64,000 nucleotides of DNA from a virus, in IMG/VR virus record IMGVR_UViG_3300000117_000011, positions 1 to 64,000 of that record, one strand, 5' to 3'. The notes beneath the pieces were generated by a model, which was given only the letters and a program-made list of their open reading frames with translations, did no database searches and was not told where the DNA came from. A program made the translations under genes and the position numbers. Shown here piece after piece: positions 6,108-14,896 of this stretch. Position 1 is the stretch's first letter, and every line of letters begins with the position of its first letter.

Positions 6108-7589
6108 ATGAAAAGGCAAGAATATAAGTTGTTAGTAGAAAACTGGAATACTTTTTTAGTTAAAGAAGAAGAAAACTATAGTTTAATTGAGCAAAATATA
6201 AATAGCAATGCTGAGTTGTTGTATCTTTTAGAGTGGGGTGATAAACTTGAAAGATTAATCGTAGAAAGTGGTAACTATTTACTATTAGAAAGCTTACATG
6301 AATCAAATAGTTTTCTTGGAAAACTAATTAGATTAAAAGATAAAGTTAAAAGTTCATTTAAAGTTAGAAAAGATGCTATAGATGGTGAAGGCAACAAAGT
6401 CAAGTACGATGATAGCGAAGAAAGTCAAGTAAAACAAGAGTATACTAAGCTTGCTAAAGCAGGCATGTCAGCGATGGCTGCAATTAAAATTGCAACTATC
6501 ATTATGACAGCTTTGACTCCAAATAGCTTAGCAGCTGGCAGCGCGCCAAAGAATTTTCAAGAACTTCCTCCCGGTGTTCAACAACTAATTTCTGCTGAAA
6601 CGAAAATACCTGCTAAAGATTTGACTAGAATTCAATCTATGGAATTTAATGATTTTCATATAGGGCCTAGAACGCAAAATTTAGAGTTCGATGCAAAGAA
6701 AATAGGACCAAGTGAAGAGTTTAAAGCAGAATTAGCATTAGCTGCTGCGAAGAACGTTGCAGACGAACCAGAAAAAGTAAAAAAAGAAACAGCTTTAGAA
6801 CTTCTTGATAAGTTAGGTTTGAAAGGAGGCTTACCAGATGACTTTGAAAAAGGTTCTGCTGAAGGTCGTGCAACATCATTAGGTATAGATACATCAGGTC
6901 CAGTTACAGTATTGAATTCTTTTGAATCTTCAGAAGAAGCAGACATGGAACTAGCTAATAATATTGTCAAGCTCATGGCAAGTCAAACAGACTTAGGTAA
7001 AACAGATGTTAAGACATATGATTATTCACCGACACAAGATGAATTCAAGCAATCTTTAAATAATTTTAAAAGTCTAGACAAGTCAACTAAAATAAAGCTT
7101 TTGAGAGCTGCAAAACTTAAAGCAATAAAGGATTTAATGGAAAAGCATCCTAAGATTTTTGATAAAGCAAAGTCATGGACGAGTACTATTTGGGGATTTG
7201 AAGGAGAGGGTGCAGGAAAAGATGTTTCTGATATGGGACATCATAAAGCGGAAGGTTCTAAAGAAGCTAGAGTTTTGAGCTCGTTATATGGTGCTTTTAC
7301 TGATGATGACTTTGATTTTAGCGAAGTAAAAACATTTCAAGATCTTGAAAAAGTTATTGATGGTCATAATAGTTTTGCTCAAGTTACAGGTGACAACTCT
7401 CTTGCAGATGATGTAAAAGGATCAATTGTTACTTATGTATTGAAAAACTGTACAGACGCAGGTTTAGAAGATCTTGAATCTAATTTAAGTGGAGTAAAAC
7501 ACATTGATCAAGACTTAGAAAAGATTACAGATGCAGCAACTACTTTTAAAATTAGCGGAACTCAAGATTCTTATACAAAACTTAGGTAA
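6108..7589 (+). CDS. putative internal virion/ejection protein, YKLLVENW leader
   Basis: Shared leader, several (L/I)xE sites, one hydrophobic segment (AMAAIKIATIIMTAL). Confidence 0.6.
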   Translation: MKRQEYKLLVENWNTFLVKEEENYSLIEQNINSNAELLYLLEWGDKLERLIVESGNYLLLESLHESNSFLGKLIRLKDKVKSSFKVRKDAIDGEGNKVKYDDSEESQVKQEYTKLAKAGMSAMAAIKIATIIMTALTPNSLAAGSAPKNFQELPPGVQQLISAETKIPAKDLTRIQSMEFNDFHIGPRTQNLEFDAKKIGPSEEFKAELALAAAKNVADEPEKVKKETALELLDKLGLKGGLPDDFEKGSAEGRATSLGIDTSGPVTVLNSFESSEEADMELANNIVKLMASQTDLGKTDVKTYDYSPTQDEFKQSLNNFKSLDKSTKIKLLRAAKLKAIKDLMEKHPKIFDKAKSWTSTIWGFEGEGAGKDVSDMGHHKAEGSKEARVLSSLYGAFTDDDFDFSEVKTFQDLEKVIDGHNSFAQVTGDNSLADDVKGSIVTYVLKNCTDAGLEDLESNLSGVKHIDQDLEKITDAATTFKISGTQDSYTKLR

Positions 7590-7607
7590 TAAGTTTAAAC
7601 TCAAATA

Positions 7608-8900
7608 CTAGACAAATAAATGTTTATAAACTCTTTTAAGAGATTCATTGCTGCTTTTATCTTGAAAATTTTTCGGTGTAATAGATATTCTTATTTCTTC
7701 AATGCCTGTTTTAATTAGTTCATAATTTTTTTGAGGTCTGCCGCTTCTTTCTAAATCACTATGATATTTTGTTTTACCTCTTACTGTACCATCATCATTA
7801 AAGTTGTACAATATTTCTTCAGCAGCAATTTCAAATAAATTAATAGCAACTTCAACTTCTTCTTCGCTTAAGTCTTCGCTGTCTAAGACTATAGCTGCGT
7901 GACGCATTGTTTCGTTAAAGTTTTTAAACTTATCTAAAAATCCCGGGCCCATATTGTAAGCCATGTCATAAAAAGCTTGCTTTGTATCTTCAGGAAGTAC
8001 TTTAAAATATTTTACTTTGTTCATTTCATCAATTACGTGAGCAACTTCTTTATCTGCAGCGAGACCTGCTTGATCTAAGTTTATAGGATCAGTACTTGAT
8101 GCATTATCATCTTGAATTGAATAAGTAGTAAAAAACTTTTCACGCCATCCCGGGAGTGTTTTTTCTATCCACTCGGCTTTACTTACACCTTTTTTACTTT
8201 GTTCTTTGAAATCTTTTTCTAATTCTTCATGTTCACCTTCATCAAGATCTGAAGTAGAAAAAGCTTTTGTTCCATGACCAACACTCCATTGATGGTGGTC
8301 TAGATATGGTAGTCCTCTAAAACCTTCGTGACTAAGAATACTTTGTTTAACTTTTTCTTTGTCAATACTTGAGTCGTATTCTATAGAGAATTTAAGATCT
8401 TCACTTTCACTTTTGTTTTTAATTTCGCTAAATGTTTTTTCAATTTTGCTTTTTTCTTCTGGATTTTGTTTGATTAGAGCATCTTTAACTGCATCTTCAG
8501 TTTTTTCTTGTTGAGCAGAGTACGTTTGACCACTACCTTGACTGCTCCCAGGAAATTTAACATGATCAGGTATACAGTTCCAAAGAGCTACAATCATTCC
8601 AAGCGTTACCAATCCTCTTGACGCATAACTTTTAAGACTATTGTACTTTGGTTCTATTGCAGTTAATGCTTTAAATTCTTTGCTTTGTTCGTCAGGTGTA
8701 TCTTTATCTACATAAACATTTTCTTTTCCTACAGGTCTTAAGCCAGTCTGAACATATTTTTCAGGGTCAGATCCTGGTGGATGAGAAGAAACTGGTGTTA
8801 AATTAACATACCTTTTTGAGCTGTCGTCTTCTATTCCTGATTCTATTAAGAATTTTTTTATTAAATAGTGATTTTTTTTATTTTCTGCTATAATAATCAT
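7608..8900 (-). CDS. phage lysozyme (GH24-like) domain protein, likely virion-associated
   Basis: ILSHEGFRGLPYLD..WSVGHG and AFYDMAYNMG..FLDKFKNF motifs; long N-terminal extension with a hydrophobic segment. Confidence 0.8.
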   Translation of the reverse strand: MIIIAENKKNHYLIKKFLIESGIEDDSSKRYVNLTPVSSHPPGSDPEKYVQTGLRPVGKENVYVDKDTPDEQSKEFKALTAIEPKYNSLKSYASRGLVTLGMIVALWNCIPDHVKFPGSSQGSGQTYSAQQEKTEDAVKDALIKQNPEEKSKIEKTFSEIKNKSESEDLKFSIEYDSSIDKEKVKQSILSHEGFRGLPYLDHHQWSVGHGTKAFSTSDLDEGEHEELEKDFKEQSKKGVSKAEWIEKTLPGWREKFFTTYSIQDDNASSTDPINLDQAGLAADKEVAHVIDEMNKVKYFKVLPEDTKQAFYDMAYNMGPGFLDKFKNFNETMRHAAIVLDSEDLSEEEVEVAINLFEIAAEEILYNFNDDGTVRGKTKYHSDLERSGRPQKNYELIKTGIEEIRISITPKNFQDKSSNESLKRVYKHLFV

Positions 8901-8945
8901 ACAATACCTTTGATTTTATATTTAAGTATAATTATGAGAGACAAA

Positions 8946-9239
8946 ATGAATAATGACGATTTATATATAATTCAGTCAGATGTAACTGGAATGATAAAAA
9001 TAGGTAGATCTAAAAACCCAGAAAAAAGACTGAAACAGCTTCAAACTGGTAATCCAAATAAGTTAAAATTAATAGCTTCTTTTAAAGGAGAAGGATGGAA
9101 AGAAAAGAATATTCATGAAAGATTAAAAAGATATCGTCTTGAAGGTGAATGGTTTAGTTACGATTGCATAGGAAGCATTCCTGATAATCATTATGAACAA
9201 ATATCTTTTGGCTCATTTGATGACTGGTGGGATAATTAA
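8946..9239 (+). CDS. GIY-YIG superfamily (T5orf172/MUG113-like) protein
   Basis: LYIIQ..IKIGRSKNPEKRLKQLQTGNP...EKNIH...RLEGEWF. Confidence 0.85.
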   Translation: MNNDDLYIIQSDVTGMIKIGRSKNPEKRLKQLQTGNPNKLKLIASFKGEGWKEKNIHERLKRYRLEGEWFSYDCIGSIPDNHYEQISFGSFDDWWDN

Positions 9240-9265
9240 TTTAATAGATACTTAAAGGGAAAAAA

Positions 9266-9955
9266 ATGAATACAAAAGATTATTTTTATCTGTTTAATGA
9301 GTGGAAACGTTTTTTAGTTAAAGAAGACAACAATATCTTAAATATCGATAGTCAAATTCAAAAAGCAATAAAAAAAACAAGTGAGCTTAATAGACAAAAA
9401 TTAAAAATAGACATCCTAAAAGAAGGAAACGAGTATACTTTAATCGCAAACTTTGTAGACGAAAGCAATGAAAATCATATTATAGAGGAAATAGCAGATA
9501 TATCATTTAGAAAATTCCCGTACAGTCAAGTAAAAGATCAGAAAGGAATTGAAAGAAATGCTTATATAATCGAGCGCACTAAAATTGTCAAGTATGACTT
9601 AGGGCCTTTAATGTATGATTTAATAATTGAATTTGTCTCAGGTGACAATTCTGTATTGTGTCCTGATAGATTTGAAATTTCTAGTGAGGCTCAAAACTTA
9701 TGGTTAAATTATTTTAATAAAAGACCCGAAGTGAAAACTGTCCAGCTTGATATCGAAAATGATAGTTTAGATGACAAAGAATTTCCAAACTTAACGCCAG
9801 ATTGGCGAGATGATTTTTATCAAAATGTATCAATAGAAGATAAAGGTAAAGAGTGGTTTAACAGTCCTTTTTCAAAAGGATACTACAAAGATAATAGTTA
9901 CGTTATTAATCAATTAAATCTTAATAATGATATCTTTATTTTAAATATAAAATAA
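9266..9955 (+). CDS. GNAT-like protein with LFNEWKRFLVKE leader (paralog of 4881-5663)
   Basis: LGPLMYD...LCPDRFEISSEAQNLWLNY...TPD..DD.YQ...SP....YYK aligns with the 4881 gene. Confidence 0.55.
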   Translation: MNTKDYFYLFNEWKRFLVKEDNNILNIDSQIQKAIKKTSELNRQKLKIDILKEGNEYTLIANFVDESNENHIIEEIADISFRKFPYSQVKDQKGIERNAYIIERTKIVKYDLGPLMYDLIIEFVSGDNSVLCPDRFEISSEAQNLWLNYFNKRPEVKTVQLDIENDSLDDKEFPNLTPDWRDDFYQNVSIEDKGKEWFNSPFSKGYYKDNSYVINQLNLNNDIFILNIK

Positions 9956-9972
9956 ACTAACAAGGCTTAACT

Positions 9973-10896
9973 ATGAAAGATTTTTTTCTGGAAGAAATTA
10001 AAAAAAGTGGTGGATATTCTTGTTACCATGCACATTTTGACAAAGCTTATTTGATAACTCCTGAAATATTTGAAAAATGCCAATCATCGCTTCAGGAAAA
10101 ATGGAAGCTGTACAGAGGATTTAAAATAAATTACACAAAAGAAACACTTTTAAACAGAATGTCAAAATGTATAGTTAACATGATTAATCAGGACGTGAAA
10201 TATGTCAGAACTTTTGTTGATGCTGATAGTATTGTTGAACAAAAATGTATTGATGCTGCTTTGTGTTTAAAAGAAATTTATAGAGACGAGATAAAAATAG
10301 ATATAGCAATACAACCTCTTGAAGGGTTAGAAAAAACAAAAAGTAAAGAAAACTTTCTAGAAGCTTGCATGAAATCTGATTTTATTGGCGGTCTTCCAGA
10401 CCGAGATTCTTCACCAGATAATCATTTAGATTTGTTGTTTGGTTTAGCAAAAAGTCTTAATAAACCTGTTGACATACACGTTGGTCAAAACAATATCCCG
10501 TCTGAAAAAGAAACAGAGCTTGTGTTGGACAAAATAGAAGAACACAAACTTAAACAAAAAGTTAGTTTAGTTCACTGTATTTCACTTTCTTGTCAAGATG
10601 AGAGCTATATAAGACACCAGGCAAATCGTATGCAGCAATTAAACGTTGATGTGATAGTTTGTCCAAGCGCAGCAATAAGTATGAAGCAGAATCATTCTGT
10701 ATACTCTCCTGTTCATAATTCAATAGCACCTGTCAAGATACTTTTAGAAGAAGGTGTCAATGTTAAATTAGGTATAGACAACATTGAAGATTTATTTATG
10801 CCTTTAGTAGACGGTGACATGTGGTTTGAAACAAGATTGTTAATGGAGGCAACAAGAATTTATGATTTGAAAAAAATACTAAATATAGTAACCTAG
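9973..10896 (+). CDS. metal-dependent amidohydrolase, cytosine deaminase (CodA)-like
   Basis: HAHFDK, VRTFVD, IGGLP, DIHVGQ, VHCISL and LGIDN in CodA-family order. Confidence 0.85.
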   Translation: MKDFFLEEIKKSGGYSCYHAHFDKAYLITPEIFEKCQSSLQEKWKLYRGFKINYTKETLLNRMSKCIVNMINQDVKYVRTFVDADSIVEQKCIDAALCLKEIYRDEIKIDIAIQPLEGLEKTKSKENFLEACMKSDFIGGLPDRDSSPDNHLDLLFGLAKSLNKPVDIHVGQNNIPSEKETELVLDKIEEHKLKQKVSLVHCISLSCQDESYIRHQANRMQQLNVDVIVCPSAAISMKQNHSVYSPVHNSIAPVKILLEEGVNVKLGIDNIEDLFMPLVDGDMWFETRLLMEATRIYDLKKILNIVT

Positions 10897-11366
10897 TCTT
10901 TGTCTAATCTAGGAATCCATTCATCAACTTCACTCGGGAGAACAACGTCAGACTGTTTTTTTGTTTTAATAGGTTTTTCTCCATTACTAAAAACTGAAAG
11001 TTTGTCAATTACAGCATTTTGCAATTCAAATATTTGTTCTCTTAATAACTGCATTTGAATTTGAGAGTCACGTAAGCGTGCTATTAAGGCAGCACGGTCA
11101 GCATTGGCAGTAGCAAGTTTATCCTTTAACTCTTCAACTTCAGATGGATCCCGACCAGATGCAATTGCGAGCATAGAAGAAATACTGCCTGTGAGCATAC
11201 CTATAATACCAATTAGAATATCACGATTTTCTTCAACAATTTTTGTTGTTGATAAAAAATAAATAAGCTCACAAATAAGTGCCATAAATACAACACTAGC
11301 CCACCAACCACGTTTGGCTTTGTCACTTTTTGTAAATTGTTTGTTTGTTTTTTCTTTCTCTGCCAT
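10893..11366 (-). CDS. two-TM membrane protein with C-terminal coiled coil
   Basis: Two hydrophobic helices followed by a heptad-like stretch; starts 3 nt after the cyclase stop. Confidence 0.7.
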   Translation of the reverse strand: MAEKEKTNKQFTKSDKAKRGWWASVVFMALICELIYFLSTTKIVEENRDILIGIIGMLTGSISSMLAIASGRDPSEVEELKDKLATANADRAALIARLRDSQIQMQLLREQIFELQNAVIDKLSVFSNGEKPIKTKKQSDVVLPSEVDEWIPRLDKD

Positions 11367-11369
11367 GAT

Positions 11370-12248
11370 TTAAGATCCTATTAGTATGTTATACAGAAAT
11401 ATATATATATTTTGCAGTAAAGGATACACCCAGCCAATATAATGTTTTAAATCTATTCCTGTCATAGTGTAAAAAATTGCATTTCCATGGAAAGTATTAG
11501 CAGTCTTGATAAGACCCCAAACTAAATAACAAAATATCAAAAAGGAAAGTCTATATATAAACCACCAAAACAATTCATTTAGCGTTTTATTTCTCAATCT
11601 TGTTTTAATTTTTTTTGCGCCACCAATTCGCTTTGCTTTTTCGCCATCTGGAGGTGGTTGTAATTGTGATTCTATTAAACCAATAGCATAAATAGATTCA
11701 GGTTCAGCAACACCTTTAAATTTATATAATCCTACAAGCGCTGACAGGGCTTTTTTAGGTATGTATGGACTCCGGTGCCCATATTTTTTATATTGTATAA
11801 ACGCAGATTTTGAGAGCAATATTTGTTCTTCTCCACATATAGACATAGTTCTTGCTGCAATATTTTTTCCAATTCCTTCAAGGTTAATTCTTTTCCCGCC
11901 AGCTCTTACGATATGTGCTTCAGACTTAACAATAAGCATTTTATCCCAATGTATTCCTACTCTACTACGAAAAGGAAACTTCTTTTTTCGAAGAAACTTT
12001 TTATAGTCAAAAGCAAAACCAATTGAATCTGAAACTTTTGAAAACATCATTAAATGACCATCAGAAGCATCTATTAATTGGCCGTTGTGTCTTGCAATAA
12101 AATTCATGACTGCTTTATCATGAATTCCGAACCACATTGCTGATATTCTTGAGCCATTTTTCTGCACAAACTTAGTACTACCAATTATATCTGTCAAGAC
12201 AATTGCAATATGAGATTCAATCATATTCTCAGGTAAATAATTACTCAT
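11370..12248 (-). CDS. class III nucleotidyl (adenylate/guanylate) cyclase with C-terminal membrane anchor
   Basis: VLTDIIGST, GQLIDASDG, RVGIH, NIAAR, QILLS and FKGV.EP motifs; hydrophobic C-terminus. Confidence 0.85.
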   Translation of the reverse strand: MSNYLPENMIESHIAIVLTDIIGSTKFVQKNGSRISAMWFGIHDKAVMNFIARHNGQLIDASDGHLMMFSKVSDSIGFAFDYKKFLRKKKFPFRSRVGIHWDKMLIVKSEAHIVRAGGKRINLEGIGKNIAARTMSICGEEQILLSKSAFIQYKKYGHRSPYIPKKALSALVGLYKFKGVAEPESIYAIGLIESQLQPPPDGEKAKRIGGAKKIKTRLRNKTLNELFWWFIYRLSFLIFCYLVWGLIKTANTFHGNAIFYTMTGIDLKHYIGWVYPLLQNIYIFLYNILIGS

Positions 12249-12453
12249 TTTTACACACACATTTATCTGATATATTTAGACATTCATAACAAATGCAATC
12301 AGGCCATTTACATTCTAAAGCTATAATGTTACATTTACAATTATATTTAATACATTCACAATCTTTGTTGTCCAGATTACATAAAGGACAAATGTGGTCT
12401 TCTGGAATTGGCTTTGTAAAGTCTCTTATATTTTCTTGAGAAGACATTTGCAT
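12241..12453 (-). CDS. small Cys-rich protein (12 Cys in 70 aa)
   Basis: CxxC and CxC clusters; its stop overlaps the cyclase start (ATGAGTAA). Confidence 0.7.
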   Translation of the reverse strand: MQMSSQENIRDFTKPIPEDHICPLCNLDNKDCECIKYNCKCNIIALECKWPDCICYECLNISDKCVCKNE

Positions 12454-12509
12454 TCCTTTTTGTTTGATATGTAAATAATTATCTGTAGGAATAGTAGAAT
12501 AGAGGTTAT

Positions 12510-12773
12510 ATGTTTGATAAAACTCCCCTGAAAAGTAAAAAGTTTATTGCTTATTTAACGGCTGACGTTGGTTGGAAAATAGTAATTTTATATATGTTGA
12601 CACACTTAAAATCAAAGTTAGAAGCTGGCGAACTAACTTTTTTAATGACAGTTGTTGTTACAAGTGGTGTAATTCAAATAGGCTATATACTAGGTCAAGC
12701 AGCATTAGATAAATATATTAATGCTGCTGTTGAAATTCTTGATAAAGATGATCAAGAAAAAAAGGAAAAATAA
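12510..12773 (+). CDS. holin-like two-TM protein
   Basis: LKSKKF...two TM...YILGQAALD pattern, charged tail, GAGG RBS. Confidence 0.55.
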   Translation: MFDKTPLKSKKFIAYLTADVGWKIVILYMLTHLKSKLEAGELTFLMTVVVTSGVIQIGYILGQAALDKYINAAVEILDKDDQEKKEK

Positions 12774-12774
12774 A

Positions 12775-13197
12775 ATGTGTAAATATTTATTTGAAAGTCT
12801 AAGATATAATAAGTGTCTTATAAAACTAGATAAAGTAGAAAAAAAATTTTTATATGAATCACTTATACGAAGTATTGAAAACAAAAACATTAATCTAGAA
12901 TTAGTCAAAAAAACTATTAATAATCTTTCTGAAAGAACTGACGTCCGATATTTTTCTAAATCTCACATTAATCCTATTTCTATTGAATTAATGGAAAGGA
13001 TTAATGAATTCATTAAAGAAGATGTCGGAAGAAATTGGCAAACAGTTTCATTCAGTTCAGAACCTGAACTGGTTAAGCGATCTGTTAGTATTTGTACACA
13101 AACAGGAAAGTACATTGTATGCTGCAACTCTAAAGAAATATATTTTAGTGACGAAGACTCTGCAGTTCTTTATGCTAGAAATAATAAATGCTATTAA
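12775..13197 (+). CDS. hypothetical protein
   Basis: ORF; start placed right after the upstream stop. Confidence 0.6.
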   Translation: MCKYLFESLRYNKCLIKLDKVEKKFLYESLIRSIENKNINLELVKKTINNLSERTDVRYFSKSHINPISIELMERINEFIKEDVGRNWQTVSFSSEPELVKRSVSICTQTGKYIVCCNSKEIYFSDEDSAVLYARNNKCY

Positions 13198-13273
13198 GTT
13201 AATAAATTTTATTTTTGTCTAATATAATATTGTTTGCAAACTTATTTTAAACTCAAATTGAAAAGTATAATAC

Positions 13274-14896
13274 ATGAATTATTGGATCAACCATTTTCCT
13301 TATAAACAACCTAGAGACGCTCAAGAAAAAATTATATCTAAAGTATTAAAAGAATTTAACAATGGGAAAAAATACGCAATCATAGATTGCGGAACAGGCG
13401 TTGGAAAGTCTGCTATAGGTTTAACAATAGCAAGTTACATGAATGAATCTTCAGACTATGAAGGTGTTTATGAACCTGGTTCTTACTTTTTGACAACACA
13501 AAAAGTCTTACAAGAGCAATATGAAAAAGACTTTCGAGACAAAGGAATGATTTCTTTGTATTCTTCATCCAACTATTGTTGTTCAAAAGATGGAAAAGCA
13601 TCTTGCAAAGATATACAGACAGGCTTAAGAGCAAATAGCTTGTCGAAGAAATACGAAAAATGCAAATACAGCTGTGTTTACAAAGCAAAGAAAAAAGACT
13701 TTATTGAAAAAGACAAAGGTATTACAAACTTTTCATATTTCTTGACAGAAAAAAATTATAGTCAAAAAATACCTAACAAAAAAGTTTTAGTTATTGATGA
13801 AGCACATAATCTGGAGTCAGAATTGTCCAGGTTTATTGAGATTAGTGTTTCTGAATATTTCTCAGAAAAAATACTCAAATTAAAAATACCCAAAGACTTA
13901 AATACACAGTTTAGAGTTTTTAATTGGATAAAAAACAACTATATAGTTTCTCTTTCACAAAAGAAACAATTTATTGAAAATCAATTAGAAAAATTTGGTA
14001 TTACTAGTAATAAACTCGATGAGTTTAAAAAAATTACTAATCATTACGAAATGATAACTTCTCATGAAAAAAAAATAAAACAGTTTATAGAGATATACGA
14101 CAAAGACAATTGGATTTTTGATACAGATAACAGTAGTAAGAGTTATAAAAAGTTTATTTTCAAACCAATAGACGTATCTAAATATGCTAAAGACTATATT
14201 TTAAATTATGCTGATTATGTTATATTTATGTCTGCTACAATAATATCACATGAAGGCTTTTGTTTAACTTTAGGTCTTCCAGCTGAAAAAACTGTTGTTG
14301 TAAAAGAAGAATCACCATTTCCTCCGGAGAATAGACCAATAATATTTTCACCTGCAGGAAGTATGTCTTTTAAAAATATAGACAAAACGCTACCAATATC
14401 AATTGAAATGATAAGCTCTATTCTTAGTCATCACAAAGATGAAAAAGGAATAATACATACTCATAGCATAAAAATTTCTGAGTATATTAGAAAAAATATT
14501 CCAAAAAAATATAAAGACAGAGTTTTGATTGCTTATGGCGAAAACAGAGAAACAATGTTAAATAAACACAAAAAATCAAAAAAACCCACAGTCCTCATAT
14601 CACCTTCAATGGCAGAAGGTGTTGATTTAAAAGGCAGTTTATCAAAATTTCAAGTAATATGCAAAGTTCCTTTTCCTTACTTGGGCGATAAGGTCGTCAA
14701 AAAGAAAATGTCTAAATGGGATTGGTGGTATGATGTTTCAACAATTAGGACTATAATTCAAAGCATTGGCCGAAGTATTAGATCAGAAACTGATACTGCT
14801 GTGACATATATACTAGATAGCGATTGGAAGAGACTCTATAATAAGTCTAAAAAAATGCTACCTAAAGATTTTGAAAGAAGTTATTATGAAAATTGA
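13274..14896 (+). CDS. DinG/Rad3-like SF2 helicase
   Basis: Q motif, GTGVGKS Walker A, DEAH, MSAT, EGVD, KVPFP, QSIGRSIR; Cys cluster. Confidence 0.9.
   Translation: MNYWINHFPYKQPRDAQEKIISKVLKEFNNGKKYAIIDCGTGVGKSAIGLTIASYMNESSDYEGVYEPGSYFLTTQKVLQEQYEKDFRDKGMISLYSSSNYCCSKDGKASCKDIQTGLRANSLSKKYEKCKYSCVYKAKKKDFIEKDKGITNFSYFLTEKNYSQKIPNKKVLVIDEAHNLESELSRFIEISVSEYFSEKILKLKIPKDLNTQFRVFNWIKNNYIVSLSQKKQFIENQLEKFGITSNKLDEFKKITNHYEMITSHEKKIKQFIEIYDKDNWIFDTDNSSKSYKKFIFKPIDVSKYAKDYILNYADYVIFMSATIISHEGFCLTLGLPAEKTVVVKEESPFPPENRPIIFSPAGSMSFKNIDKTLPISIEMISSILSHHKDEKGIIHTHSIKISEYIRKNIPKKYKDRVLIAYGENRETMLNKHKKSKKPTVLISPSMAEGVDLKGSLSKFQVICKVPFPYLGDKVVKKKMSKWDWWYDVSTIRTIIQSIGRSIRSETDTAVTYILDSDWKRLYNKSKKMLPKDFERSYYEN

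Noticed and set aside
10893-12260. Firm call as a canonical Pycsar system
   Set aside because: The cyclase has its own TM anchor and motifs of a different subfamily, and the 2TM protein could be holin-like; kept only as an analogy.
1-12260. Specific host assignment
   Set aside because: Strong AGGAGG RBSs argue against Bacteroidota and the cyclase type hints at Proteobacteria or Myxococcota, but this is not enough to name a host.
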